In this document: positions 1-12,950 of the stretch, piece after piece
Numbering within the stretch: position 1 is the stretch's first letter
Layout of the letters: each line of letters starts with the position of its first letter
Assembly (NCBI GenBank): GCA_038496445.1
Contig: JALMLS010000590.1
Coordinates: forward strand, 1 to 64,000
Direction: 5' to 3'
Origin: Trichosphaerium sp. ATCC 40318
Lineage: Eukaryota; Protista; Tubulinea
Length of the DNA stretch: 64,000 bases
Position numbers and translations under genes: made by a program
The notes under the pieces: model-generated
Seen by the model: the letters and a program-made list of their open reading frames with translations, nothing else
Database searches by the model: none
What the model was told of the DNA's origin: nothing

Positions 1-404
1 AAGCCTGATTCTGTAATTGGTGTATCCAAAATACGTTCGTCACCGTACTTTTGCCACAAGCCCTTGGACACCTTGTATGCACCTACGCTCGTTGTTATTA
101 TTTGCGCCTCAATATGCCGTTATTTTACCGTCGTATGTGCTACTTTCTTCACCCATAAGAAAAACTCTAGGATCATTTGCTAATTCTTCGTCTAGTGCCT
201 CTCTTAGTGCCTCACGTACTTGCATCTAGTGCGCGTGAGATTACTGAGTATAGTTGAGTTAGAGCGTACAACTTTTGGTGCAGCACTGTATGTGCGCTTA
301 GCAGTGCGAGTTTGTGACGATAGCGCTGTACGTTGAGCTAGTGACATACTTACTCCAGTTCTCAAGATGAGATAATAGTGCCTTACCCTTGCAATACGTA
401 TCAT
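1..404 (-). CDS. PDHB: Pyruvate dehydrogenase E1 beta subunit, 5' part (runs off the window start)
   Basis: Spliced minus-strand translation gives MIRIAR... (transit-peptide-like), then [27 protein letters not shown] and [27 protein letters not shown], the conserved E1-beta N-terminus. Confidence 0.93.
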
Positions 405-555
405 GGTGCCTCTTTGTTAGTTTTCAAAACAGAAACTGATTTTTATGCGCACTGGTCACAATTCTTCAATAAGCCTCAACCACTCAACGTTACAACAACC
501 AACATGAATAGGACCCACAAAGCGGGTCACAGAGCTGCACCTCTCTGGTCTAGTT

Positions 556-1784
556 TTAATCTTCACGCGTACTGGTAACTTTTGCAGCGTGTAACCATAG
601 CGACTCTTTGCTGTAGCCTATACCGTTGTCGCTACCAAATACGCTTTGATGGCTGCTTTGGTATGTGATTGCTGCAGCTAGTTGCAATGACGCAGTTCGC
701 AAGCACAGTAATGCTGTTGTTGATACAATTTTTGATACATTTGGTTTTTTTTTATAATTCGAGCTGTTTTCATACACTGGAAACGTTATACTGGGTGGTT
801 ATTGTACAGGCAAGCATTCTTGACATGCGTCAGATTAGGTTGAAGCATCTTCTGTGGCACGGTGCGGTAATGCAATTGCATCGTGTTCTAGACGCTGATT
901 GCATTCGTATGCGAGTAAAAAGTATTTGTACAGATCTTTCAGTCGTTCTTGAGCCTCGTAAGTCAGGTACGTAGCGTGTGGCACTGCATCGCAAACGCTG
1001 TGATAAACATCGTTCCAAGCCATCACGTGATTTACCTATAATCAAAAGATGTTTCAGCACTGGGGATGTACGAAAAGAGGTATTTGCACGTGAATACACA
1101 CGCAAGTAAAAATATGAGGTGTGGTCTCTTTGCAACACACGCACGCGTAGAAAACCCCCACGTGATATCACTTCACTGTACAGCAAATATAAATTAATGT
1201 TGTTGTCCGCCACTGAAAAGCAACCAGTTGGCAAATCGTCCAATTCCACCTTTTGACACAGTGTTAGCTGGTTTTTTTGATAAATTTTATTTTTTCAACA
1301 CCTGAAAAAATAAATACCTTTCTGTTTGTTTCCATAAAGCGTGTATACTCTCGCCAAAATGTTGTGGAGTCCTATTAACGGTTTTTAAGTCTAATGGGTG
1401 TACAACTAATAGAATTAAGAACCTGAAAAAATAGAAGCGTCTTTTGCGCTTCCTTCTTCATTTTTTGCATGCGATCGGCCAGTGCTCGTACTTTTTGCGA
1501 GTATTCAGTTGTTTCGCGCTTAAAAGCTGAAATTTACGGTGAATTAACGTCCTACATCTGAAAATACGAGTTACCTTCAATATTATCAAGCATGGACGGT
1601 TTTTCAGGTGCACTTTCAACCGACGCATTTGAAGCGCCAGATTTCGCGTCGTCAGCGCCTTCCTTTGCGATTTTTTGCCGTTTGGCCGGTTTACTTGTCG
1701 AACTGCGTGTACTACGCGTGGAAACTAATCAACGTGAGCCACAACAAGAGCACAGTAAAGAAAATAACCTTTTCTCTTGCTCAT
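556..1784 (-). CDS. ARID/BRIGHT DNA-binding domain protein
   Basis: Exons give FWREYTRFME...INLYLLYSEVISRGGFLRV...WNDVYHSV...RLKDLYKYFLLAYE, which fits the ARID consensus. Basic N-terminus MSKRK. The 3' end is uncertain. Confidence 0.75.
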
Positions 1785-2026
1785 AGAGCCATCAATCTAA
1801 AAGTGTGGCCACTGAGGTAACTTGAGCAAAAACTTTAAGTGAGGTGTCAGGCCTAAACAGAAAACAACCAAACACATGTTAACATACAATTTTAATAACA
1901 ATATACACTTAGGTACACGTAAAGAAAGTTGGTACAGAGCTTTTTTGGCCTAGTGCCACAAAAATAGGATAATTGATTGGTGGTTGTTCTTTTTTGCTTT
2001 GTCTGCAAATCAAAAAAACAAAAGAG

Positions 2027-3718
2027 TTAGACTGTAGCCCTAACATCAGCACGGTCGCCTCTCGTAGTCTCTGGCGTGAGCGCTCGCAAAAAGTGTTCTT
2101 TGGAGCAAGCGTTTTTCACAAATGGGTGCTAATAATAATAAATGTCAGATACTTGACAGCTTGTACTATGTATGGAAAGGCTATATATGACACGCACTGA
2201 AAGCAATTGATGGGCATCTGGTCTTCGCATTGGGTGCTTCATTAAGCAGTAGTTCTTAAATTCCTTGAATTCGTAGCTCCAATACCCCTCGTTAGAGAGT
2301 GGAGGTATGCCGTGTATATTCATCAATGTCATAGCACGCATAGGTGCTGATTTAAAGTACGGAGGTTCTCCTAAAGTACCAAAGTGTGAGGGACTTACTT
2401 TGAGGTTGTTGACAAAAAAAAAACAGAAGCAACAAGCCAGCAAAGGGTACCTTCTGCCATTTCGAAGCAAACAATACCGAGACTCCATATATCAACTTTG
2501 ACGCCATAACCAGCAGGACTCCCCAAAATTTCTGGAGCCATCCAATACGGCGTGCCAACAACCGTTTGCCGCTTTTGTTTTTTCTTGGTAAGTTGTGCTG
2601 CGAATCCAAAGTCGGCTATTGCGAAAAACCTTGGTCAGATTTTGATAGGCGAAGTCTTTGAGATAGATTGTTTAAAACGTACTTATTTTGACGTTGCCGT
2701 AAGCGTCAATGAGTATATTATCGCTTTTAACGTCCCTGTGTATCCTTCCCTTTGAATGTAGAAATTCCAGAGCCTTCAGTATCGACAAACAAACGTGTGC
2801 AATAGCGCGTTCTACAATAGGAATTAGGGCAATGACACATGCTAGCACTTTATGTTGCGCACCGTCAAATACAATGCCGTCCGCCAAAAACTCAAACAAA
2901 GCGCCTTTTTCCATCCACTCCATCACGACCTACCATGCGCTGTTAGTACAGTGTTTGCTTCGCTTATTTTTAGTTCTCCAGTTGTCCGTGCCGTACCCAT
3001 AGTTCGTCGGTGACAATGAAGCTGTCGAGGTAGGTGACGACATTGTTGTGTCGCTTTGACTTTTTCATAACCTGGATTTCGTTTTTCATCATTTGTGGTG
3101 TTATAACATTTTCCTTTAGCTTCATGCGCTTTATGCACACCATCTTTTTGGCCTTTTTGTGAAGAGCTGAAAATATGGTGCCAGACGTACTAAAATAATC
3201 ATAATGAGCTTTCTCAGGTTGCAATGCGTGTGAGGCGTTTTATTACATTGTTGACGAAAATGGTTGTTCGGAAATGGATTGTTGTTCGTTTTTTGAAATG
3301 AAAAAACCCAAAAACAACTAAAATAAATAAAATGTCGTACCCATGCTCTATTTGTCTTAATTGCGTGTATTCATCGGCATGACGGTGAGCATTGTCAGAT
3401 ACAACATCGAACAAAGATTTTTGTGATTGCTTTTTAGGTAGTTTCATCGCGCAGGCTCTTGTTTGTAGAATAGGTTTCTGTCTTATTGATTGGCGGTGCG
3501 TACTCGCAATTCTATCCTACACCAAATTCGTTTAGCTAAACGGATACGAACAATCGCGTAATGGATAGCTTTTTGCGTACCCGTCGTGTGGTTTTGGTGA
3601 GTTTTTTTTCTGTGCCTCTGTTGTTCGTTGGGCGGTTTAGATCGCTCATTGAACCAGTCACACGTAGGCGCGATCCAGAGGAGGGGTGCGTAACTTGTTT
3701 GTGGTGGGTAACGTGCAT
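2027..3718 (-). CDS. STE20/PAK-like Ser/Thr protein kinase
   Basis: [45 protein letters not shown] and LLSHPFV occur across short GT-AG introns. Confidence 0.9.
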
Positions 3719-3905
3719 TTTTGGTTGGTATCTTTCCGGATACAGGTGTGGGGTGATAGTGTTTACTCGTTGTAACGCGAGGTTGGTTTATCAAGGAAGA
3801 GCAGGCAGTTAAGTGAGTTTTAATTTGTGGTGTAGCAATTTGAGTTTTCATCGCAGTATAAACTGTTACCCAAGCGTAATATTGGCAAATCGAACAGGAG
3901 CATGC

Positions 3906-6900
3906 ATGAGTGAAGAACAGGAGCGTTTAGACGGATCACCTCGCAAATTGGTTGCTGCGGTGGCAGTAGCAGGTACGCGCACTTTGGGTAATTAAAAGAG
4001 GGTTGTTGTGACAAAATTAGAGTTCGACATTAATGAAGGCAATACAATATCTAGCAGCTACCCTGACAACGTACGTAATGTTCCTATACCGTTAACACAG
4101 TATCTTACAGCCTTTTTGACGGTATTTGCTGTAGTTCGACTTCCTTGGTTACTCCATTAATTATATAGCCGATCTTTGTCTTCCAGATAGGGTACAGTGT
4201 TTCCTCTACGCGCAACCAAGTTGATTTTCCCATTATTTTGTGTTTTCGCTGTGTCAGGCCATTTATTCGCGGATCAATGGTAGTGAAACGCTGACGGGTT
4301 GTACTGTTAGGGCCACTTACTGAAAGAAGATGGAACAATGCTATTCTTGCCGCCCCAAAACAATCCACAAGGCAAACCAGCGCTGTATGGTATAGCGCTC
4401 TTTAGAAACAAATCGGACGCAACAGTGAAGCGTGGTGCTATCCAAAAGAGTCTTGGTATGCATCAGTCAAAGTGTCATTGTGCACACTCATTTTTATTTT
4501 CATAGTTATATTTGGACGCGAACCCTATTTTGATGTGTTTGGCCCTATTGGTCGCGAGGCTGTAAAACAATACATTGTACGCATATGATGTGTTTGTCAT
4601 TTAACCATTATTGGTGTTGACACGTGCCCAGGACAATCCTGATCCCAATATCCTGCAAGAGGTCTACGATAGCCTCAACTCAGGCTGGATATCCGGCAAA
4701 ACTACCGTCACATTTCGAGAGCAGCAATTCAAAGTGGATGTACCAACATTGGAGGTGAATGTATACCCCGGCGCGTCATTAGTTAGTATTATTACACAAT
4801 TCGGTCCTGATACAATGCACCTGTGGTATTCAGTGTTATTGGGTTACAGGTAATTTTATTTCGTCAGTACTTTTGTAAGAAAGGAATTCTAATTGTTGTC
4901 TTAAAGAATCCTTTTCGTTGGTGCACCTGCGGCTGCAATATGTGCGATGGCGATAGCTTGTCCGTTATTTGTGCATCCTCTGCAAGGTACTGTCCAAGCA
5001 TTGCACTCGAGTAATAGTTAACTGTTGTTGTTGCAATAGGTGTTGGAGACAAAATTAGACCGTATGTTGCATTGACAAGCGCTGAGATCATGCTTATACC
5101 AGGAACAATCTCGTCCACCACAAACTTACTTTTCGAATCAAAACCACAGTGGTACGACACTTGTGCATCATTCAATACAGGTATTATTGTAAAGGGAGAA
5201 AAGACATTAAGCAGTCAAGCCAAAAAGTTCATTACGAACATCATAAAGTGCCTGGAAGAGAGAGATTGGAAAACATCCGATAAAAAGGAGGAATGGTGCG
5301 TATCTCTCGCTTGCATTTTGGTTTGGTATCTATTTTGTTGGTTAACATGTTGTTTCTATTGGTGCAGGGTGAGACAACAGTTTGTTACGTATACGCGTAG
5401 ATTTTTGTCCGGCGTGGAATCACTAGAATTTGATGACATGTTGCACAAGCAATTGGCCACCGTATTTAGAGGAGGGCCTCTATACGCCAAGTACGTATCC
5501 TTATACAACCGCGCTCTTTGTGTAATTGTGTGCTCATGTTCGCCTCAAAAGATGGCAAGAGAGAAGAGGCAAGCAACAGACTGCTCCAGATCAAGCAAAG
5601 GCCACTAAAGCGCTAGGCATGCTTGGCACCCTATCACAGAACCCTGAAATGAAATTAAGTAAAATGCAGGTACTCACCTGTATGTTGGATATACAGCGTG
5701 CCTTGAAAGATTTAGAAACGGCTGATGAGGTACGATACCCACACGCACACTCGACGCTTTTTTCCCCTTCTAACTTATTTTCTAGCTTGTAGAGCAGGGC
5801 GTTGTGGTTACCATTTGTCACATGCTGGGAAACCAAGGCTCAGGTGTGCGCAAGTATTCTTGCGAGATACTAGGCCAGTTGGTAGATAGCACAAACGGCA
5901 TGTTTCATATTATTGCTGGTAGTGTTGTACCACAAGTCAGCAAGCTCCTAGACGTACGTTTGAACTCGTATTCTCTTTGGGTTTTTTTATCGACTAGAGC
6001 CATGCTTTTCCTAACAGGTGTGGTTATAGGACCACATGCCCAACGTGAGACAGGCAGCTGCGCAAACTTTGACAAAATTTGCAACGTCGTATTGTGGATT
6101 TTATGCGATGCGTGAAAACAACTTGCAAAACACATTGACAGATATATTATTGTCTGAGTCTGGTTTGAATCTGAAGCGCCATGCTGCTTCAGCCTTATTG
6201 GAGGTACGAACCCGCCTTTTTGATATAGTGTGCCTTTTGTTGTAGATAGATACTCAACCATGAGCTTTAGATGGTATCTATGGGACAGTGCGCAGTTCAG
6301 AGGCTAGATGAGCTGCGTGGGTTTGTAAAGCGGAGTACTCTCGATTACGATTTCGAGGGGAATTTGTACATGATATTTGATGCCATAGGCGATCCTTTGA
6401 ATTGTCTTCCTGTCAGTGAGGCTACATCGAAACTACTTGGCGTGCGTAATTCTTGCAATTATTGGCAATTACATTGACGCTGGCGCAATAGGCCCTGCGC
6501 AAAAGTGACGGATCGCGAAATGAAGTCGCAGACAGCTTACTAGGATGTACGCTTCCGTATTGTTGTTTTTTTTTGATTTGCAAATCTGACCTTTGTTGCA
6601 CTAGCCATGAAGACAGACAATCGAATAGTATTAGAGGTCGTTGGTGGCGGAGGTGTTCAGACCTTGTTGGCTAGTATTCAAGAAGCTGGGCCAGAAGATG
6701 CGCTCAGTCGCACTTGCTTTCAAGTACAACCATTTCTTTACATTGTTGTCAATTTGTTTACTGTGTATTGTAGGCTATTGCATTGATTGCTGATGTTTGT
6801 ATTGGGAGAAAGAGTTTATTAGGCAACAAGGTAATTGAAAAGACGCTAGCTAGAATAGAGGAAGCTAGCGCACGGCCGTTATTCTTGTACGTTGTTATTG

Positions 6901-7522
6901 GTACTGGTTTTTCTGAAATTTGTTTTTCAGGTATTACATTGTACGCTTCCTCCACATATGTGCACAACATCAAGAAACTGCCCAGTGCTTTGCTGACTTG
7001 AACGGTGTTTCTTACCTGGTACCAGTAATCAAACGATATTATAGACAAGAAATTGTCAATACAGTATGTGTGCCATGTCTTGGCACAATCAAAGAAATAC
7101 TCACCAGTGATTCCTGCTTATATCCGCCCAAAACACACATTACTGTTGTGTTGGAACCTTTAAAGGGTTTACATGACTGGATACAAGAGGATATAAACAG
7201 TAGATGTCCTAATCAGGTACCGTTGGTGTCTTCCAATATACCTTTGTCTGACTGTGTGTACAATAGGAAATATGGGACTTATTGGACAGTGTAGTCACAC
7301 TGTGCTATGACAATACTAAAGCCACTACAGAGGTATGTAAAAACGGTATGGTTCGTTAGTGCTAATTTCAATTGAAAGACTGCAGACTTGCTTGCCAAAC
7401 TGCAAACAACGTCACCTGTTGTTGCACCCAAAACAAACAAACAGAACAAGCAAACATTTACAGACATCAACAACATTGTAAATGATTTGTTGAATGACGC
7501 AGAGGGAGTAACAGACATATAA
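3906..7522 (+). CDS. DENN (AVL9/DENND6/DENND11-like) domain protein with C-terminal ARM/HEAT repeats
   Basis: N-terminal VAVAEFDINEGNTISSSYP and LYGIALFRNKSDATVKRGAIQKSL are uDENN-like. Later helical motifs (PNVRQAAAQTL, GVRKYSCEILGQL, GGGGVQTLL) resemble ARM/HEAT repeats. Stop TAA at 7520-7522. Confidence 0.65.
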
Positions 7523-7599
7523 CATTGTAAATCATATAAATACGTTGTATATTGTAGTTTATTGGTACCCCAATATTCAAAATGTTACATATATCAATT

Positions 7600-7672
7600 G
7601 GGCGAGTGGTGTAATTGGTATCACACGCCCTTAGCATGGGCGAGGTACCGGGATCGAAGCCCGGCTTGTCCA
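7600..7672 (+). tRNA. tRNA-Ala (anticodon AGC)
   Basis: Cloverleaf: acceptor GGGCGAG/CTTGTCC with G3:U70, anticodon arm CGCCC-TTAGCAT-GGGCG, T arm CCGGG-ATCGAAG-CCCGG. Confidence 0.96.
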
Positions 7673-7678
7673 ACCATC

Positions 7679-7683
7679 TTTTT
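7679..7683 (+). terminator. Pol III oligo-T terminator of the tRNA gene
   Basis: T5 run 6 nt after the discriminator base. Confidence 0.7.
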
Positions 7684-8162
7684 ACATTTTGTTTTTATAT
7701 TTTAATGGTTTTGATTAAGTCTACCAACAATGTTGTAATCGTTGTTCAGGTCTGAACATATGCATAGACACAATTTTGTACTTTTATCAGTGAAGAATAG
7801 ATTGGCATTGTTCTATGGTTGTCATCAGTCATTGGCCAATGTGGTCAAAGTGTATGTGTTGCTTAGTAAAAAAATGGTGAGTGGTATCCAAAGTGTAGCT
7901 ATGGTGGTTATGGCATGCCTTAAAATTGATATCTTCAAGCTTGACCAATTTTAAAAGTTGCTGGGTTGTTTCTATCAATATTGAAATTGAGATTTTGACC
8001 TGTACTAACTCCATATGGAACCTGTACTTATGTGACCCATATACTTAACTTGTATGGGTTTCATACTATTGATTTATACTTTAACCATACAGGTTACATA
8101 CAGGTAAAGTACAAATTGTAATTATTGGATACACAACATACCTTTTTTTCTCATATAATGTA

Positions 8163-8248
8163 CAGTGGTGGAATCAAACAAAATACGCGTGCCTAAAACG
8201 TGCCATTTGCGTGGAAAATAAACATGCCCAAAACGTGCCATTTGCGTG
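8163..8248 (+). mobile_element. Solo terminus of the palindromic element family
   Basis: CAGTGGTGGAATC is identical to the termini at 9959 and 25821, and is followed by the same subterminal units (GCCCAAAACGTGCCATTTGCGTG). Confidence 0.75.
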
Positions 8249-8699
8249 TTGTATCCATGACCTGTCCTTAATAGAAATTTGGTCAAAAATTCAAAAATAA
8301 AAAAATTGACAAACTCAAAACTCAACCATCTCACCCCAAAGCTGATCACTAACAATAAAACATGTATCTACAAGTAAACAGTAGTTATGTTTGTATCGGC
8401 ATGGCTTTAAAAGTAGGCAAAAAATGTAAAAATACCCAAAAACCAACAATTTCTTGATTTTTCTATTTTTTGTGAATAACTCAGGTCTACTAGTATGAAT
8501 CCTTTAAAAAAAAAGTATGGCCCACTGTTAGATACAATGCATGGTTTCATGGTGGTTTGGGTTCAGTGCCCCTTTTTTGTACTTTCAAGGTCCAAAAAGC
8601 CAAGCCCACATGCAGACAAAGGGTTATAGCAGCAACATGAAGAGTGTTGTGTTGATGCATGGAGATTGAACAACACTCTAGCAGCTTTCTTAATTTTAG

Positions 8700-8912
8700 T
8701 AATATGTGTGGCAAACTATGTAAAAAATGAAAAGTATATGTGATGGGTTGGTTGACCTCATGCATATGGTACAGCAAAGACTTGAGAGTGAGAACAAAAA
8801 GTGTTGGAGAAAGAGAATCACCTTGCTTGTTTCCATTTTTAATCTTAAATGTGAAACTATGCTGGAAGATTAGCCAACATGCATTGAATAGCCTTGTGAG
8901 CAACTGAGTCAA
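8700..8912 (-). pseudogene. Non-LTR retrotransposon reverse transcriptase fragment
   Basis: FKIKNGNKQGDSLSPTLFVLTL matches the non-LTR RT motif GxxQGDxLSPxLF. The flanks are degenerate. Confidence 0.75.
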
Positions 8913-9014
8913 AGTTTTTGAAAGACAACAAACACAAAGTCATAATCCTATTTCACCAGTTGTGAGTGCTAGGTGACACCACTTTTCTAACAGTAAAATC
9001 GGGAGTAGATAATG

Positions 9015-9310
9015 CAGTAGTAAAATCGGAAGTACGTGTGAAGTACGTATATTGTACGTGTGAAAAAGTACGTGGCACGTACGTATATTGTACGTGTCAA
9101 AATACGTGCCACGTACGTATTTCATCCGTGTGAAAAGTACGTGGCACGTACGTATATTGTACGTGTGAAAAGTACGTGCCACGTACGTATATTGTACGTG
9201 TGAAAAGTACGTGCCACGTACGTATATTGTACGTGCGAAAAGTACGTGCCACGTACGTATATTGTACGTGTGAAAAGTACGTGGCACGTACGTATATTGT
9301 ACGTGTCAAA
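9015..9310 (+). repeat. Terminus plus ~35-bp tandem subterminal array of a related DNA element
   Basis: Starts CAGTAGTAAAATCGGAAGTACG (compare CAGTGGTGGAATCGGACAGTACG), then about 7 units of GTACGTG(G/C)CACGTACGTATATTGTACGTGTGAAAA. Confidence 0.85.
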
Positions 9311-9375
9311 AGTTGGAATTTTGCCTCGTTTTGAACAAAAAATACTAAAAACGATGGATTGGTTTATTGGTAATT

Positions 9376-9448
9376 ACAACTACTTATACATTACAATACA
9401 TTACAATACACTACATACAATACATTACAATACATTACAATACATTAC
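9376..9448 (+). repeat. (TACAA/TACAT)n pentanucleotide microsatellite
   Basis: Directly visible tacattacaatacattacaataca... run. Confidence 0.8.
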
Positions 9449-9958
9449 CACTAAACGACCATGTTTCTGGAGATATTTCTATCATCATGCCTTACCGACC
9501 TACAACTGCAACTTAACCACCACAACTTAATGACTATTCAGAAAAATGCTTGAAACCCATAATCGTCTTTAAAAAGTGGTTTAATAGAGCTATTAAGCCA
9601 TAATATCCTTAAACTACTCCAAATACATATTTTCTGTCGTTTTTGCTTAAAAATGGTGCACCAAACCCCAAACCACCATGAAACCATGCATTGTACCTAA
9701 TTATACCTAATGCTACATTTTCTGAGTGGTTTGTACAGAGAGACCAAAGTTATGCAATAAAACAACAAAACACAGCAAAAAGCTACATTTTGCACTTTAT
9801 TAAGTTTTCTCCTCTAGTTTTTAAGTAAATGCCCTAATAATCCTAAAACACCCTCTCCTATTAATAATACATGGTTTCGTACCTTGCGACTACAAGCTGT
9901 CTGTTATTTTTTGAGATTTTTTTTTGAATTTTTTGGCTACCAAATGCCAGATTTTTTG

Positions 9959-10342
9959 CAGTGGTGGAATCGGACAGTACGCGAATGGCACGTTTTGGGC
10001 ACGTTTTGGGCACGTTTTTTTTCCACGCAAATTGCACGTTTTGGGCACGTTTTTTTTCCACGCAAAAGGCACGTTTCTCTTCCACATGCTGGCCACGCAA
10101 ATGGCACGTTTTGGGCACGTTTTGGGCACGCGGATTTTCCACGTTTTGGACACGTTTTGGGCACGCATATTTTCCACGTTTTGGGCACGCTTTGGACACG
10201 TTTATTTCACACGTTTTGAACACGTTTTGGGCACGCATATTTCACACGTTTTAAGCACGTTTTGAGCACGCATATTTTCCACGCAAATGGCACGTTTTGG
10301 GCACGCGTATTTTTCACGCAAATGGCACGTTTTGAGCACGCA
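9959..10342 (+). repeat. Left terminus and subterminal repeat array
   Basis: Many CACGTTTTGGG (11-bp) and CACGCAAATGG units. Confidence 0.92.
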
Positions 10343-10417
10343 TAATACAGCAGTTGTTAACAAATTTTATAATATTTATTTAATTATATAAACCAACAAT
10401 CGTTACAAATAAATACA

Positions 10418-12872
10418 TTACTGCTCACTATCATCATCTTCATCTTGACTATCATCATCACTTTCAACAATATCCTCCAAAGAAAATGGCAGAGCAGCAT
10501 CGTATAATGTTAAAAAATGTTGTCTGGGTTTTAGTACAAGTAAAACTAAGTATTTTTTAAATAAATCATAATGTCTTATTAACAACCTACCTCCTGGATG
10601 TTCATCAGCAAATTTAATGTTTTTTGAGCTCCATAAAGAAGTGAATAGTTGTCCTAGTTTGTTTTGACGTGCTTTTTTTACAGTAGGATTTCGGCAAAAA
10701 ATGTCAGGTGTTTTTATCTACAAAATAGTCAATTGAATATGATAAAAAGAACAAATAAGGCTTACCTTGGTGCAAAACTGTTTGACTGCTTCTAAAGTGG
10801 TTAAAGCAGCAGTACCTGGGTTGAAAATACTGCTGGATTTATATTGTATAGGTTCAAAAGAACTTTTCTTGCAATTGAAAGTTTGATTACAAACAAGTTT
10901 TGCAAATCTTGCAATAACATCTGCATCGTACTTGCAAGCTGTTTAAAATTAATGTCATTAAGTTTATTTGATAAAAACTATAACGTACTTGCAAAGTAGT
11001 AAACTTTGGCAAAAGAAGGACGTATAAAAAACAATGTCCAAGTGCTAATGTTGAAATAAATATTTACGATCGGAATAAAAAAAAAAGTACCACAGTGGTA
11101 GAAAATCATTATAAGTATCTACAGCAATTAGTTTGTCTTGTATTGGTACTGGCAATATATAATATTCTGCATAATCGTCATCTTCTGATTCTTTCTCTGA
11201 GTAACACAATACTTTGCCCACTTTAGTTTTTTTCTTTGAAAAAAAATTATTAATAATTCCCAATATTGAAATGATTGATCGTACTCTGGTAAGCATTTTT
11301 GCTGTTCTAGTTTTAGAAAACAATCCAATATTAGGTTCTTTAGCATCCACTAAAACTCTAAATGCAGCATGAGTAATGAATGGTGGCTATGGTTTGTACT
11401 GAAGTATCATATCGGTAAATGCTTGTAAAGAAGGAGCAACAGATTCTCTTGTAAATAAAAAACAATAATCTGCAATTGTACTGTGCTTTAATAAGCAATA
11501 CATGGGAGTATTCCATTGTAGTGTTGTGTAGTACTGTTCATCATCATCTATTGAAGTTCCATCTGATGGTCTGGGTTGTTCAACGATTGGTGATTTTTGT
11601 TTTGTTTTTTTTGGTTTCCTCTTTCGTAATAGACTTGATTCTTCTTTTTCTCCTTGTGCTTCATGTAATTTAAATGGAGTTATCAATTTTGGTGTAGTAG
11701 TTAATTCAGATGAGTCAGACGATTCACTACAACAATCAATGAATAAAAAGGAAACAACCAAAAAAAAAGAAAGCAAGCAATCGTACTCTAAACTGTCAAC
11801 AGGTGTTGAGGTTTTTTGTTGTTTGGAGGTGTTTTTTTTAGCTTTTATAGCTGTGAGATATAGTTCCATACCTTCTTCATCAAGCTGTCTAATAAATATC
11901 AATAAAACTTGAAATAAATGGAAAAAAAATTGTACTTGAACGATAGAGGTAAACTGGCCATCCCAATAAACATGCCCTTTTGTACAGGAACAAAAGGAAT
12001 ATGCTTGTTTTGCCATGCTTGTTTAGTAACTGCTTTTAAGTTGGCTATTAATCCATCAGTGCTTTGTTTGTAAAAACTATTGTCTGTATTTACGAATGCA
12101 ATTAATTTTTTCTCTATATGAATGTATCAGTTCAAATTTGTTAAAAATGGCTTGCCTGCAAGTTCAAAAGCATGGTCCTCATTCTCAGTGATATAATTGA
12201 AAAATTTTCTAGCAAATTGTCCCAATCGCCTGTTTACAGAATCTCTAATAAATTTTGACATTTTTGTTTTATGTATATCCTCCATTTCCGATCCAAATTG
12301 CACTTTGAATTGTTTGGCAAGCTCCACATAAAAAGTGTCATCTTTAATGTGAGTATAAGGAAAGGCAAATAGCAATTTGGATCGTATCCAATCCTAATTA
12401 TTTTTTAATTGTTAAGGGTTTTAAACAGATTTTTGGTTCAACGATCGTACCCATTTTCTCTTTTCAATGTCCTCAATTTGTTTGTGAGTTGTTATAAATT
12501 GTTTGAAGTTAGCTTCAATGGTCTTAACAGCTTTGGTTATTTCTAAAACACCTTTTTCAACATTTGAAAGTCTTTTATCCATCGCATCCTTCATAACATT
12601 TATTGAATTCATCAATTCATCTAAAAACAATTAAATAAGGCAAAAACTAGGTAAACGATCGTACTGGTGGTTATGTTACCATAGGAATTTTCCAAAATCT
12701 CTTCAACTGATTCTGCTTCATTATTATTAACCAATCGCCTTCTTTTCTCAACTGTGCTATTTGTTCTGGATCGTTTTCTTTTGTTTGGTTGTTGTTTGCT
12801 TTTTTGAGGAGAAAATTGTTCCATATAACTATTTAGATCGTTTATAGCATTCATACCTTGAGAATTGTCCAT
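10418..12872 (-). CDS. Element gene B, left-arm copy (coiled coil, degenerate Ulp1-like domain, acidic tail)
   Basis: Mirror copy of 22896-25351. Confidence 0.65.
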
Positions 12873-12950
12873 TGTATTGCTTTAATTAATTTAGAGATCG
12901 TAATTGAATTAATTTTACCAATCGTAAGTCTTGGCTTTTCAAAATTACTT

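Larger units (their letters stand above)
8270..9950. mobile_element. Older degenerate inverted-repeat (MITE/foldback-like) element enclosing other fragments
   Basis: 8528-8577 (TTAGATACAATGCATGGTTTCATGGTGGTTTGGG) is the inverted copy of 9651-9700. Weaker inverted similarity extends outward (about 8470-8495 vs 9730-9765 and 8277-8310 vs 9905-9945). Confidence 0.6.

Noticed and set aside
4371-4405. Apparent GC-AG intron in the DENN gene
   Set aside because: The region reads through as the conserved-looking coding sequence GKPALYGIALFRNK.
7760-8110. Possible RNase H remnant (LFFTDKS, minus strand) and small imperfect hairpins near 8000-8108
   Set aside because: Too short and degenerate to support a call.
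9015-9310. CRISPR-like appearance of ~35-bp palindromic repeats
   Set aside because: Units are contiguous with no unique spacers, there are no cas genes, and the context is eukaryotic.
8940-10265. ORFs over the ACGT-rich arrays (also 25504-25835)
   Set aside because: These are stop-poor repeat translations on both strands, not genes.
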